This document shows positions 49,701 to 62,882 of a stretch of 64,000 nt of DNA, piece after piece (the first letter of the stretch is position 1; each line of letters starts with the position of its first letter). Under the pieces are notes generated by a model. It had not been told where the DNA came from. It did not search any database and saw only the letters and a list, made by a program, of their open reading frames with translations. Where the stretch lies: NCBI GenBank assembly GCA_951406725.2, contig OX597814.1:89280001-89344000 (forward strand), written 5' to 3'. The stretch is from Octopus vulgaris. Taxonomy: Eukaryota. A program made the translations under genes and the position numbers.

Positions 49701-51244
49701 CTGAAAAAAAAAAGCAAAACAAAACAAACAATATGTATGTATGTATGTATGTGTGTATGTGTGTGTGTGTGTGTGTGTGTATGTGTGTGTGTGTGTGTGT
49801 GAGTGTGTGCATGTGTGTGTATAGATATATATATATATATACATATATATGGTCTATCTTAACCACTTAATAAATATACATAATAAATAAACATTGGACA
49901 GAAATAACTATTGGTGCTAATATGATCTACTAAATCCCTTGCAAGTGATACTCCAGAATGGCCACAAATAACTGAAGTGAGAAAAAGGTAAAAAAAAAAC
50001 AAATTAACAGTTATGTAAAAACCCTTAAAAAAGAATATGGCTAAAGTGATTGGATTATTACTTCAGAACTCTAAGAGGCAACTGTATGATTCTTCTTCAG
50101 TTCTGTTATACTAACCACCCACTTATGGAAGTGAAGAGAATAACAACAAAGTTTAATGATGGGAGATAATATGAATAATCATTACTACATTTTTACCTGA
50201 TACTTTTAATTAAGACTGCTAACACCTTTCATTTTCAGTTTTTTCTTCATATTCCAGAAAAGAAAAAAATGCCAGGTTTGGAAAAATATTACTACATATT
50301 ACCTTCAGGACTGTGATACAAGCAATGTGATAATATTCACAATAACAGTACTTTTAATAATAAAAACAAAATAAATTTTGTAAAGCACATTTGCCAGTGC
50401 AATGTAGAAAGCATCCAAGCTGGCACAATTCAAAAGCACCCATACTTGTGCCACGTAAAAAGCACCCGGCACATTCTGTAAAGTGGCTGGTGTTAGGAAG
50501 GGCATCCAACCATAGAAACTAAGCCAAATCAGACTGGAACCTGGTGTAGCTCTCCTGCTCACCAGCTCCAGTCAAATCATCCAACCCATGCCAGCATGAA
50601 AAACAGACATTAAACTATGATAATAATTATGATGATGAAATTACAGGGTGCATGTTGAACAACCAGCTAAATAGAATGTGGTTTCAAATTCACTGTATGA
50701 CTTATGTAGTGCCTTTAGGAAGATCCCTTAATGTTACATGCACCTAACAGTAGATAATATGATACAGATTTTCTGAGATTATTTTTTAATAAACTGGCAC
50801 TTCATCCACTGAAGAGTCATCTCTGCTTCTTAATGTAAATGGATCTGGAGCTAAATAATGTTATCATAAGCCACTGCAGCTCATCATCAATCATATTTTT
50901 TATTTTCCATGGCAAACTATAAAATTGCTTCTTGTAATTTGACAGTCTATTTGCTGCTTTACATCCATATTTCCATGTTTTCAATTTTTCAGCTTAAACT
51001 TTTACAAGTCAGTACCAGTAGGAAAATTGTGAACAAAGAAAGTTCCAGAAAAAGACTTCTGAGTGGAGTCTGGAATACTAGATGGTAGATGTGGTGAGAG
51101 AAGGAAACCTGGGTTTACTAAGTAGATTACTAGTTCAGTACATTTGGTTAGAATCCCACCAACAATTTTCCAAGAATAAGGACCAACTAAAGGTGATTAC
51201 TGGAACAGCATACCTATACAAGTGTGCTACCCACAAATTTGTTT

Positions 51245-51965
51245 CCTAAGTTCCAGAAAAATGGATATTTTTTAATGAAATTTCCTACAAACACACTTCA
51301 GATAGTGTAGATTCAGATTATATTGGAAATTATTGTGAATATTTTTTCTGTGAGTGGAAAGAGGAATCTTGGAAAATTCCCATGAGTTAAGTTTGTTTCT
51401 TCATGGCTTTCAGAAAAATAGGTATTTTTTAACAAAATTTTCTACAAATACCTTTCAGATGAAATTTATTGTGGAAAATAAAAGTGTTGAGTATGTACAC
51501 ATACATACTGACACATATCACAATTGTTTTAGAAATTTCAAGTTTCATTTTGCAGATGTATGTGATGTGTGTCAGTAAGTATGTGTTTGAGTCCATCAAT
51601 TTTCTTTCTTTTATTTTTTCATATTGAATTCCAAATTTATTTTTTTCATATTGAATTTCTAAAACAATTGTGATGTGTGTCAGTATGTATGTGTACATAC
51701 CCAACACTTTTATTTTCCACAATAAATTTCAATATAATCGTAATCTATGCCATCTGAAAGGTATGTGTAGAAAATTTCATTAACAAAATACCTATTGTTC
51801 TGAAAATTATGAGGAAACTAGCCGACATGTGTAAATTTTCCAAAACTCTTTTCACCTTGTTTGGAAAAATTTTTTCATGACAAATTCTGGTATAATTGTA
51901 ATCTACTCCATTTGAAGAGTATTTGTAAAACATTTCATTAAAATATCCATTTTCTGGAAGCTATG
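51245..51965. mobile_element. Foldback-type element with ~290-bp modular inverted arms
   Basis: TTCCAGAAAAATGGATATTTT mirrored by AAAATATCCATTTTCTGGAA; inner GAAATTTATTGTGGAAAATAAAAGTGTTG...CACAATTGTTTTAGAAATT mirrored at ~51653-51730. Confidence 0.85.
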
Positions 51966-54132
51966 AGGTAAGCCATTAGAACATTGTCAGATTTAGTTGT
52001 TTCATCAAAGTTTTCACCTAGCAAGTATATATGGTGTTTGGTGGTAATGATGGGGATGAGTACTTTGGGTGTGACTACCATGTAGAACTGGAAGCAGCAT
52101 TGTAGCTTTACCTTTCAAAACCATCCTAGCTGAAGAGTTGGGATAAAAAGACTTGGCAAATTTTGAATAGATCTCTTTGATGAGGGATCAAAGAGCCTGG
52201 TTATAATTTGGGAGGCAAGAGAGTATACATGCCAGACAATGCACAAAGCACATCCTTCAGAATTCTGATAATTCTCTATTACACAATGCAACAAAATTAT
52301 TATTTATGTTGGTTTTTGGTCAGTAAGTGTTATTTCCTATTTGCTTCTATCTAGAAATCAAAGGAAATGACTACTATTCCTTTCAAACTTGTTTTTGTCA
52401 CCTGGATATCAATGTTTGGAAACTGACCTATTTACCATTACCTCTCATTCAGTGCTTATCCGGTGCTGCGTTGCTGAAGCAGAAATACCATTATAGCAAA
52501 TATTCTGCTCAATACCACAGGTTTGCTCATCAGTTGCTTGACCTTAACCAGTTGAGCATGTCCTTTAGTGGTTGACAATATGTGCATCTCTAATGATGAA
52601 CAGGAGTAGTGGGAGAACATCATAGCCATGTGTTGAGAGAGATTCTTTGGAGTCTGAATAAATATCTTAAAAGCAAAGTTTGAAAGAAATATTAGCCATT
52701 TTTCATATTTCCTAGGGGTAAGCAAATAAGAAATAACAGTTGCTACTCAAGGGTAACAATCACGTTACACAGTGCTATGAGTTAATCATCATCATCATCA
52801 TCGTTTAACGTCCGTTCTCCATGCTAGCATGGGTTGGACGGTTCGACCGGGGATCTGGGAAGCCAGAAGGCTGCACCAGGCTCCGGTCTTATCTGGCAAT
52901 GTTTCTACAGCTGGATGCCCTTCCTAACGCCAACCACTCCGTGAGTGTAACAAGGTGAATAAATGCATCCCAGTAGATAAGGACAAAGGATGTCGTATGA
53001 CCTCAGTACATCACTGCACACTTAACATTTGACCCACTTTAGTCTTTGGGAGTTATGTGCTTTTAACCCTTTCATTACTATATTTATTTTGAGATGCTCT
53101 GTGTTTCTTTCAATTAAGTATAATAAAGAATTTAGTAAAATAACTTAGTTATCATTAAGCTAGTGTTAGGAACATAAATTGTGACTAAGGTTTGGTGGAA
53201 GATTCTAATTCAAAACTTATGAAAACAAGACATTTCTACTCAGATCCAGAGCTGGTTTCAGCCGGGTTGGTATCAAAAGGGTTAATGACATGACAAATGT
53301 GAAGGAACATATCTAAGAAAATATGTTCTTTCAAGGAAGAGGTTTCAATCACAAGCATAGGTGCCTCAGAGGAGTTAGGCATGAATCCCATTTCTCCTAA
53401 AGATATTTTACATAGAATTTACAGAGGTCTAACTAATTAGTGTTCTCTATCTCTCCCCCCTCTCTCTCTCTCTCACACACACACATCCTCAAGCATATGC
53501 ACACACCTACACACAAGCACACAGTTTAACTAACACATATACATGCATCTGCACCCAATTGAATTCTGCCATACATATGGTCAGTAAAAATACAGATTAA
53601 TTAAAAACACTACTTTTTTGTGATGTCCAGACAGCTATTTTAGTGCATGTTTGTCTCACAGATAAGATAAATAATTGGCCTATTTCTAATTCACTATCAG
53701 CAAGGAAAAACTGATGTTATGCCAATTATAATAATTGGTGGATAATATTTTTTATGATAATGTAAAAGAATACAAGAGTAATAATGATTGACAACAGCAC
53801 AGCCATTGCCACTGTCATCTAAGAGGGAACAGCTATGTGGTCTCTCAACCTGGTAGAAATAGAAGCCAAATCTCCTCCAAATCACACTTTACCAATCAGA
53901 ATGGTCAAGGCTAGAATACTTTTGGTCATAGATCTACTCAAACAATGCTAATCTGGAGCTAGACGACAATAACAATTACGACAAGTAATATCCTTAGGAA
54001 ATGATAAAGAGCTTTTCATTAAACATTGACAGTGACATTAGATATCTGATTTACTGTATGAAGGAATCTTTCAATATAATATTATGAAATCTTAAAATGT
54101 CATGAAACTCTACAATAGAATCAAATACCAAC

Positions 54133-54263
54133 TCTGTGTTTTCTAGTTGCTGCTGTAAATTTTCTTTCTCTTTCAGCTTTTTCTTAAATTCAGCTTCTTT
54201 TTGTTGCATTTCAGCTATGGTCCCTTCACTTTCTTGGCATTTGGTGGTCAAGAGGGTGATATG
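54133..54263 (-). CDS. CFAP157: CFAP157 coding exon
   Basis: TTACAG|CAT acceptor; HITLLTTKCQESEGTIAEMQQKEAEFKKKLKEKENLQQQLENT; donor GA|GTTGGT chosen to match the phase of the next exon; 131 nt. Confidence 0.82.
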
Positions 54264-54291
54264 CTGTAATAAACAAATGACTTTCTCATAT

Positions 54292-55170
54292 AATGATGGA
54301 GCTTCTCTATGCTGATGACCTTGCTCTAATAGCTAAGTCTCTATCAGAACATGAGGAGAAGTTTCAGGTATGGAAGCAAGGTCTTGAATCAAAGGGTCTT
54401 AGAGTCAATCTAGCAAAAACAAAAGTCTTAGTAAGTAGGAAGGCAGACAAATTGCAAATCCCTTCAGGTAGATGACCCTGCTTGACCTGTAGAAAAGGTG
54501 TAGGTAGAAACTCCATAAGATGTACCCGGTGTAAGCTATGGACACATAAGAAGTGCAGCAATATCAAAGGGAGGCTAACTGGGAAGATGGTTTTTGTGTG
54601 TGGCAAATGCTCAGGGACAATAAATACTGAAAATGTCCAGAAAACAGCTTCCGTCAAATGCCAGTAGAAGTAGTTGATAGCTTCCATTACCTAAGTGACC
54701 AAATCAGTAGCCGGGGTGGATGCTCTGAAAGTGTAGCTGCTAGAATAAGAACAGCCTGGGCAAAGTTCAAAGAGCTCCTACCTCTGCTGGTAACAAAGGA
54801 CCCCTCTCTCGGAATAAAAGGTAGACTGTATGACGCATATATGCGAACAGCCATGCTACATGGCAGTGAAGCATGGGCCATGATTGCTGATGACATGCGT
54901 AAGCTTGCAAGGAATGAAGCCAGTATGCTCCACTGGATGTGTAATGTCAGCATGCATACACGACAGACTGTAAGCGCCCTGAGAGAAAAGTTGGACATAA
55001 GAAGCATCAGATGTGGTGTGCAAGAGAGATGATTACACTGATATGGTCATGTGTTGTGTATGAATGAGGACAGCTGTGTGAAAAAGTGTCATACCATAGC
55101 AGTAGAGGGGAACCTGTTGAAGAGGTAGACCCAGAAAGACCTGGGATGAGGTGGTGAAGCACGACCTTAT
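54292..55170 (+). mobile_element. 5'-truncated disrupted RTE LINE (RT C-terminus with Cys/His finger)
   Basis: ELLYADDLALIA, GLRVNLAKTKV, CRKGVGRNSIRCTRCKLWTHKKC, VDSFHYL, RGRPRKTWDEVVKHDL; stops and frameshifts. Confidence 0.92.
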
Positions 55171-55914
55171 CTGTGTCATACTGAATCTCCCTGAGAACTA
55201 TGTTATTCCCAGTTACACTTTCCTAAAGTAACCAATCCAAAGGTCAAGCTGAAAATATATTATATTATTATAAACAGTGAAGGCCTCATATTAATTTTCA
55301 CCTCAGGTATCAATTATTTATAAAATGTAAATATTTTTAGCATTTATTTACCTACTTTCACAGTTCTTTAATGTAACATTTAATTAATTCTAAACTTTAA
55401 AATCCTGTTTCAATGCAACTGCCAGGTAATTTCTGATTAACTGGGGTTTATGGATTTACTGACTGGTATGGCCATGGAATGTGGATGGGTGAGGATAGCT
55501 GTATAAAGAATTGCTGATTGCTAAACATGGAAGAAACATGTGGAAGAGGTATACCTAGGAAGACATAGGACAAAGTGGTGAAAACTGACCTTAAGATATT
55601 GAGCCTTTCAGAAGAGGAGACAGGGAACCAAAATGAATGGTATCACATTGTGCTTGAGAAGATCCATCCATCAACTGAAACGTTATGTGGCTGGTGTTAG
55701 GAAAAGCATCTGAATGCTAAAGAGTTATATCTTGTTGGTTCAGTCCATCTAGTTATAGATAGAAACTATATTGCAACACAGTTCACCTGTCCAAACAGCA
55801 AAGTTACAATATGACTGACTCTTTCATCAACTTACTTTGCAGAGCTCAAATCCTCCCATAATTTAAATAACAAGGAGATAGCTACCATAGCTAACAGTAT
55901 TCCTTGATAGTTCC

Positions 55915-56195
55915 AAGATACATCTCACAGATGCTCTGGGATGCGTCATCAGTGGTGCCTCTGGGGGTTCTGGGACATTCAGCATCAGACCCTTACACCC
56001 AGTTGATCTAGCCAGAATTGATCAAGTCCCACTAACAACAAACCATCATTCTACCCTCTTTATTAAAAGCCGCCGAATGGCCTTCCTTCTCTGCAACCTC
56101 AGTAATGGAATTTATGGCCCTCTTTGCAGCAACCATTAACTCCAAGCCCAGTCACAGCTTTGTGGAATGAACACCCAGCAAAACCTCTAATATCC
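55915..56195 (-). mobile_element. HERO-like (RLE non-LTR) 3' end fragment
   Basis: Minus strand RGFAGCSFHKAVTGLGV then GGGACTTGATCAA.TCTGGCT.GATCA.CTGGGTG...CACTGATGACGCATCC, resembling HERO 3' ends. Confidence 0.55.
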
Positions 56196-56261
56196 TCAAA
56201 ATTTAATGCTCACAATAATGAGATTAATTAAAAAAGGAATCACAATTAATGAGTGACTCAC

Positions 56262-56529
56262 CTTCTGGCAGTTAAGCATCTTTTTAGTAATCTCTTTCTC
56301 GTTGTATTCCAAAACATCTATTTTGTTCTTCATTCTTTTCACTTTGTTCTTCAGTTCATCATTTTCTTGTATAAGTTCCATGGTTTTGTCTGACATCTTT
56401 GACATTTGAGCTGTGAGAGAAACATTTTCACGGATGGTTCGTTTTGTTGTCTCAGCCATTTGTTTATTAGAAACTTTTCGAAACTCCGCAACAAGTTGAT
56501 TAACTCTCATAAACATGTCTTTCTTAAGT
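56262..56529 (-). CDS. CFAP157: CFAP157 coding exon
   Basis: TTATTAG|A acceptor; LKKDMFMRVNQLVAEFRKVSNKQMAETTKRTIRENVSLTAQMSKMS...NCQK, matching the conserved CFAP157 RVN..A.EF.KV....M.ETTKR.I.EN block; donor AAG|GTGAGT; 268 nt. Confidence 0.92.
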
Positions 56530-57499
56530 CTAATAAAAAGAAAACAAAAACATTCTGTTATATTATCAAATATTATTTTTTATTAGACCAATGCAATTAG
56601 GCTTAATTTGAGAACTAGAGCATGCAGTCCTTCCTATAAGAGGATTATACACATGTAAGATTACTAAAAAAATTTGAACTACTTGTCAAGCTATTTTTTT
56701 GAGAATGTTTAGCCACTATTGATATGTAATAGCTACATTTTATTAAGATTATGTTTTAGAAATATTTTAAGAGAGAGAGAGAGAATTTTACATATTTCAC
56801 TTCTTTCCACAAAAAAACTTCATGCCAGCTAGCTAATCAAAGCTCTACCAAATCTACACTGAGGCATTCAGTGGAAAATTGTGACCAATACTATCACTTA
56901 GATTGTATTGGTCCATTACATTCTAAAAATAGCAGCTAAATCTCTCTCAAATCACAGCCTAATGTCTTAAAAAGGGCATGTAAAATATTGCAGTCCTGGG
57001 TTCCTTGAACTTAGGGAGGAAATCATGACTTTTGAAGACTCAGAGGAATTACTGTTGAACTTCACTGTTCCAGTCATGTTGATGTGGAAGAACCATCATG
57101 CCTTGCAGTTTTGGTGGACAACTCATCTTCAGAAGAACATTGAAAAGATTGTCACCAGTGACCAGGTCAGATATTTTGGTGAGGTATTAACTTTATTCAT
57201 CCCTTCTGATGTTGGTAAATTTTAAATAAAAAACATATCTACTGTTGACATTTCAACCTGGAAGCAACACTATGTCTCTGGGTGTCTACATTGTTTTGTT
57301 AGCTTCTGCTAATGACATGTTAAGTTTATTTCTACAGATTTTCGTAGAAATTATAGCCAGCACTGATTTGTTACAATGTTTCATATCTGAATACATCTAA
57401 TATAAACAACACTGTGATTGAAGATGGAAAAATAAGTAATAGGTGTATATGCATATTTCAGGAATTTTTGCTCCTTCTTCAGCACTACCTCCAACCCAT

Positions 57500-58540
57500 C
57501 AGCCATCCATGAACACATTGCACAAATAATCACTTAAATAATTCAGATATGAAATGCCGTAACAAATCAATACTGGGTATAATTTCTATAGAATATCTGT
57601 AGAGATAACCTGAACATGCGATTTAATAGCACTGCTAGCACAGTAGGACACAGTATTGATTTAAAATATTTTGTATTGACTTTAATATATTTTGTAGTAT
57701 ATTATGGTTGCATAACAATATATGGTCCCCCGGCAAGTAATTCATAATTACTTCTGTTAATGGTCCAAGATAACCCAAGTAAAGACTTTGTCGATGACAT
57801 TGAGAAGAGAGCTGTAATTGTTACAGTTGCTTCTTTCACCCCTGTCCTCATAGAAATCAATGATATTGGCATCCCTTGTGACCTGTAGTACAGCTCTTTT
57901 TTCACTACCACCTATATAAAACTACCTGCAATGAAATGAAAGTAGTAAGACAGTCAGTAATAATCAATCGGTAAAGATCCCCTTGCTATTTGGGACATGG
58001 TTGAAGCTAAGGTGTTAATGGTTATACTGAGCTCTTCTAATGGTGGTTCTATGTCAAACTCATCCATGGTTAGAAGGTTCACAATGATATCAAGTGCTGA
58101 GACAGACACAGTATTCTCTTTGGTGTAGGGATCAAAGTAGCAATCTATTCATCTTTCCATCCTCAAGCCTTTATCTCTGATTACTTTCTTCAGTGTATAA
58201 TTTGAAGGAAGTTGTCTTGCTCTGATCTGGCCTATGGTCTTTCTTAATACTTTCTTATATTTCCTTGATATTTTCTGTTATTGCAACTATCTGAATGGCT
58301 TTAGGCTGTGCACAGTTCTGACACAATGCCTGGCTGTTTATTTAGCATTGTTTATGGTTGCCCTGGGAATGTGCAGCTTCTGCTCACTAATTGACCACCT
58401 GCAATCATCAAGGACAGTGCACTTAGCTTTAATGACCGGATCCATGTTGGTTGACCTGAGCTCAATCTGGTGAGATGTTTTTAAAGTTTTCTTCCCAAAG
58501 ACGGCAAGGGCAGTATACCTACTGCTATACATTTATAAAG
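57500..58540 (-). mobile_element. Old RTE/BovB-like LINE fragment (start of RT domain)
   Basis: RDANIIDFYEDRGERSNCNNY / SLLNVIDKVFTWVILD at ~57880-57760; boundaries approximate. Confidence 0.7.
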
Positions 58541-58979
58541 AACTTTATTTGACTGACTGATAAAAGATCACTCTCCAACACACTACAAACACTAGCTCAC
58601 AGATACAGTTCCTTCTATCTGCTTCTTCTAATACTGCTACCATAGCCTCTGACACTCTGAATCAATAAGTTGTACACCACCTCGATTCAAACTTATCTAA
58701 TGCACTTCTATTTCCTACTCTCATCACCCTTACTGTATTTCCTACTTTCCTCATCCCTCCTGATCCCACACTAAAAATACTTTGCTCAGTTCCTTTTACC
58801 TTAAAATACAATCCTCAGGAATCCTCTCCCTGACACATTTTGTCTTAAAGGCATTGGTGACTTGCAGAAATTAATATCAATGACATGAAGCCTGCAAAGA
58901 CCATATGTACTAAGAACAAATTAGTAGTAAAAAGAATAAAAACACACTGAAAGCCTAATTATAAACACCCACAACTCAC

Positions 58980-59133
58980 CTGTCTTTGTCAATCACCTGT
59001 TTTTTCTCAAGTTGGTAGATAGTCTGTTTGTTTTGTTCTTCCATTTCTCGTAAATCCACTTCCATCTTAGCAAATTTCTCCAGAAGTTCTTTTCTCTGTA
59101 TACGGAATTCTTCTAAAACAGCTAGTTTACCAT
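58980..59133 (-). CDS. CFAP157: CFAP157 most 5' coding exon found (not in ORF track)
   Basis: AAACAG|AT acceptor; GKLAVLEEFRIQRKELLEKF...IYQLEKKQVIDKDR; donor AG|GTGAGT; 154 nt, phase 1 to 2. Confidence 0.92.
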
Positions 59134-59280
59134 CTGTTTGAGGAATATTATCAAAACATTTTCACTTTCTAAATCTACATTGTAAATATTTTAGCAGTCT
59201 AAAGATGATAATAAATTATTATAATTTGTCAGTATAGAGGATATTTTCTGTTTTGTTTTTATTATTTATTGATACACATT

Positions 59281-60020
59281 AAGGTGGTGAGTTAGCAGAT
59301 TCATTAGCATGTTGGATAAAATGCTTAACAGCATTTCTTCCAGCTCAGCTCTTAACATTCTGTGTTCAAATTCTGCTGGGGTCAACTTTGCTTTCACCCT
59401 TTTAGATTTGGTTAAAATAAGTACCAATTGAGCTCCGAGGTCAATGTAATCAACAGCCTCCCCCAGCAAAATTTCAGGTCCTGTGCCTAGAGTAGAAAGA
59501 ATTATTTATCAATACATATTTTTGATATTTACTATTTACTAATACAAAGTGCAGTGGATTGGCAGAACTGTTAGAGTGTTGAAAAAAAAAATACTTTGCA
59601 GTATTTGTTCTGGTTCTTTAAGCTCTGAGTTCACATTTTCCAACATCATCTTTGCCTTTCATACTTTTAGGGTTGATAAAATATAGTATCAATCAAATAT
59701 GGAGGTAGAGTTGACCAATGAACTCTCTTCCATCAAAACTATTGGCCTTATATCTTAGCTAGAAAGAATTATTTTAGGGCAGTGAAATGACAGAGTTCTT
59801 AGATCATTGGATAGAATGTTTTGCTGTATTTATTCCAGGTTTGTATAGTTTGGGTTCAAATCCCAACAAAGTAAGCTTTAACTTTCACTTATCTAGGATT
59901 CAATAAAATTAAGTACCAGTCACCTGTCTAGATTCAATAAAATTAAGTACTGGAGTCGTGGTATTGACGAAAAGCTTCCTCTCAAAAATTATTGATCTGA
60001 TACCAAAATTAGAAATGATT
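59281..60020 (+). mobile_element. Three successive decayed SINE copies (Nin/Deu-like domain family)
   Basis: GCAGA..TTAG...GTTCA.AT...CTTTGCCTTTCA...ATAAAAT.AGTA.CA module near 59281, 59550 and 59776. Confidence 0.72.
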
Positions 60021-60125
60021 ATAAACTAATACACATTCTGTATTTTAATCTAAAGGTGCTCATGATTGCAGGTAGACTGACAGAGGACATTGTGTCTACA
60101 CGTAGCCAATGCAATGGATAAGTTA

Positions 60126-62305
60126 CACTGGGCAACAAAAAAAGATTTATTGTCAGCTATCCAGACAAATGGTGCTGTAAATCAAGCATGCTGATTCTGA
60201 ATCTGAACTCAGAATTGCTATAGTATGTCAGAATTTTGAGTTATGTGCATAATTATCTATTAATACTATATTAGAATCAGAAATAGTTAAGTTCAAGGTA
60301 AATAATTATTATAATAGCATATTAGTATTGTATATAGTAAATTTATGTTCAAGGCAAATAGTATTATAATATAATGGTACACAGTATATTTATGTTAAGG
60401 GAATATGCATCGTGCTCGTCTCCCAATGTAGGAACCAGCAGTAGTCACCTATCATGTGTGGATTGAATCAGCCTTGATATCTCGTTTCCATCTCAGATAT
60501 GTCCTGGTGGAACCTCTCACCTTGCTCATCACCAAGGGCACCAAAATTCGAGATGAGAATGCAAGAAGTGCATTTTAAGAGACATTCCGCAGTCCATTCT
60601 TTCATACACTGTTAGCATGTTGGTTATTAAATCAGCATAGTTTTCAACTCTATGATTTCCAAGAAAGTTCTGTACAAGTAACACGAATGTATCCCATGTC
60701 GTCAGCTCAACTATCAGATATCAATTTTCTGATCTCGGGTCCAATGAAAATGCCTGCTTTCAGTTTTGCATCACTTTTCTCTGCACCAAATTTTACTTTT
60801 AGGTACTGGAAGCCACAACCATCATGTGTCATTGCTTTTACGAAGATTTTCATGAGGCCGAGTTTGATGTAAAGGGGTGGAAGGAAGATCTTTTATGGGT
60901 CTACCAGTGGCATATGCTGCACATTGTACTGACCAACTATGCTCTCTTTTAGGGTAGTCTTTTACAGTATAATGATTGCTGTCGTCATAGCTGTTTTAAA
61001 CACACATGAAGTACATATTTTTGGTATATCCTGGCTGCAGTCCTAGGAAGAAGGAAATCACCTTTAAATCACCACAAATATTCCACTTGTAAACTGAGCA
61101 ATTAACTCCATTCAGAAAGAGTTCCATTGATTCATAAGTTTCTTCTATACCGGGAACATGACCTACAGGAATGGAAGGTTTTGCATTACCATTATGTGAC
61201 AACACAGCTTTGAGGCTAACCTTACTTGAGTCTATAAACAATCTCCATTTGTTAGCCACATGCACATATCCTAGTTTTTGCATGAGTGCATTAACATCAG
61301 TACAGAAACAAGCATTATTTTCTTGCTTGAAAAAGACGGATAAGCCTTTATGGTGGGAATGGAAAATGGAAATTTTTGTACCTTGCTGTAAGAGATTCCG
61401 ATGCTGTAGTTTGGATCCCCAAACTTCTGCCCTCTCTTTTGTCAATGCTAGGTCTCTTACTAAATCATTCAAATCTTCTTGATTAAACTAGCCTTGCTCA
61501 TTTTTCTTAGAATTACCTATGTACTCTTCATCAATAGGAGAGTAAGGGGGTTCGTCACACGATGTGTCGAGATTTTCAAGTGAAGTGTGTGAGAGGGGAA
61601 CTGGGACAGGGTTCTTGAAGTCATGTGGGATTGGTTTTAGAGCCGACTTACAATCTGCATATACAATTTTTGCTTTGGTCTTTGAGAAAAGTAAAAGTAA
61701 CAATTAGAGACATGATTAGTTGGCTCATGCCATATCATTGGTACAGCAAAAGGCATTCCCTTCTGTTTTCCATTCAGCTGCTGTGTAAGCCTTGAGCAAC
61801 AGATGGTGCAGCATATATGAGGTGCCCCCCTCTTGACTTGGTCCCCAACTTTACACCCAAAATAATATTTACAGGCAGTTTTTAATTTGGTGGCAATGTT
61901 CCTCCACTGGTCACACAGAGCAAATTTTCCACAGACTTAACAAAAGTTGTCTGGTTGATTCACACAGCTTCTATTCATGATCTAACATAATGAACACAGT
62001 TAAAACAGTAACCACGCAGAGTAAGAGATACACATAGCACATCTGACAGCAACGTAAATGACACTGAGAGTTGTCAAGAACAAACTGGCATATTTGGCAC
62101 TGCACACAATACGTCAGTGCCATCTATTGCTAAACTAAATAATGAACTTTCTCATAGTTTGTTTTATTGCTGTTACTTCTTTAATTTTGAATTAAGATCG
62201 CTTTCATTTTAGTAAATTTTATAATATGACCTATATCTATCTGAAAGTATAGTTATAATCTTGCACATGCTTTTACCGCAGTAGCAAAATCTTTGTTGTC
62301 CAGTG
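60126..62305 (-). mobile_element. Full-length decayed Chapaev3 transposon
   Basis: TTA-CACTGGGCAACAAA ... TTTGTTGTCCAGTG-TTA; transposase blocks YFGCKVGDQ...PHICC, NDLVRDL.L.KE.AE, WRLFIDSSK.SLKAVL.HNGN, ICGDLKVI, PPLYIKLGLMK, GEQGERFHQDI. Confidence 0.88.
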
Positions 62306-62399
62306 TTATCAATAAGAGCATCTAAGAAATAAATTCATTGAAATATCTCTCCAAAGTAGTTGACAGCTTTTGCTGACAAGGTGACCTAATCAGCAGTGG

Positions 62400-62710
62400 A
62401 AGTAGATGTTCTGACAAAAAGGATTCTCTCTCCAAACTAAGGGAAGACAACTAGTGTGGTCACAGCTCCAGTACTACAGACAGAATATTGCAGGAAAGAA
62501 CTGCAAGACAGGTTCTTCAGACTAAGCCAACCAGCAGGAGAAATAGGGCTAGACCAAAAATGAGATACTTAGATAATATCCATAGTCTCAGTTGTTATTG
62601 CTTAGGAATTCAGCTGGAAAGTCTAGTGATGGTTGCTTCTGATTTAAACCAATGGAGGAGGTGCCTGAGGATTCTACTCATTACAACCCTCCCAAAAATA
62701 GTAAGCTGAG
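62400..62710 (+). mobile_element. Old RTE-like LINE 3' fragment
   Basis: ERTARQVLQTKPTSRRNRARPKMRYLDNI resembles the R.RGRP..RW.D.I tail. Confidence 0.6.
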
Positions 62711-62882
62711 AAGATGGATGGATAGATACATGAAACTTGAAAGTGAAGAGCGATTCTGTATGGTAGCAAATGATGGAGATTGGATGAGAAGGCTGGAAAG
62801 TTAGGAAATGAGCTTGCTTACCAGTGTTACAGTCATGTTGTAAAGTTAGGGAGAATGAGCAAATAAAAAAATGTTATGACAC

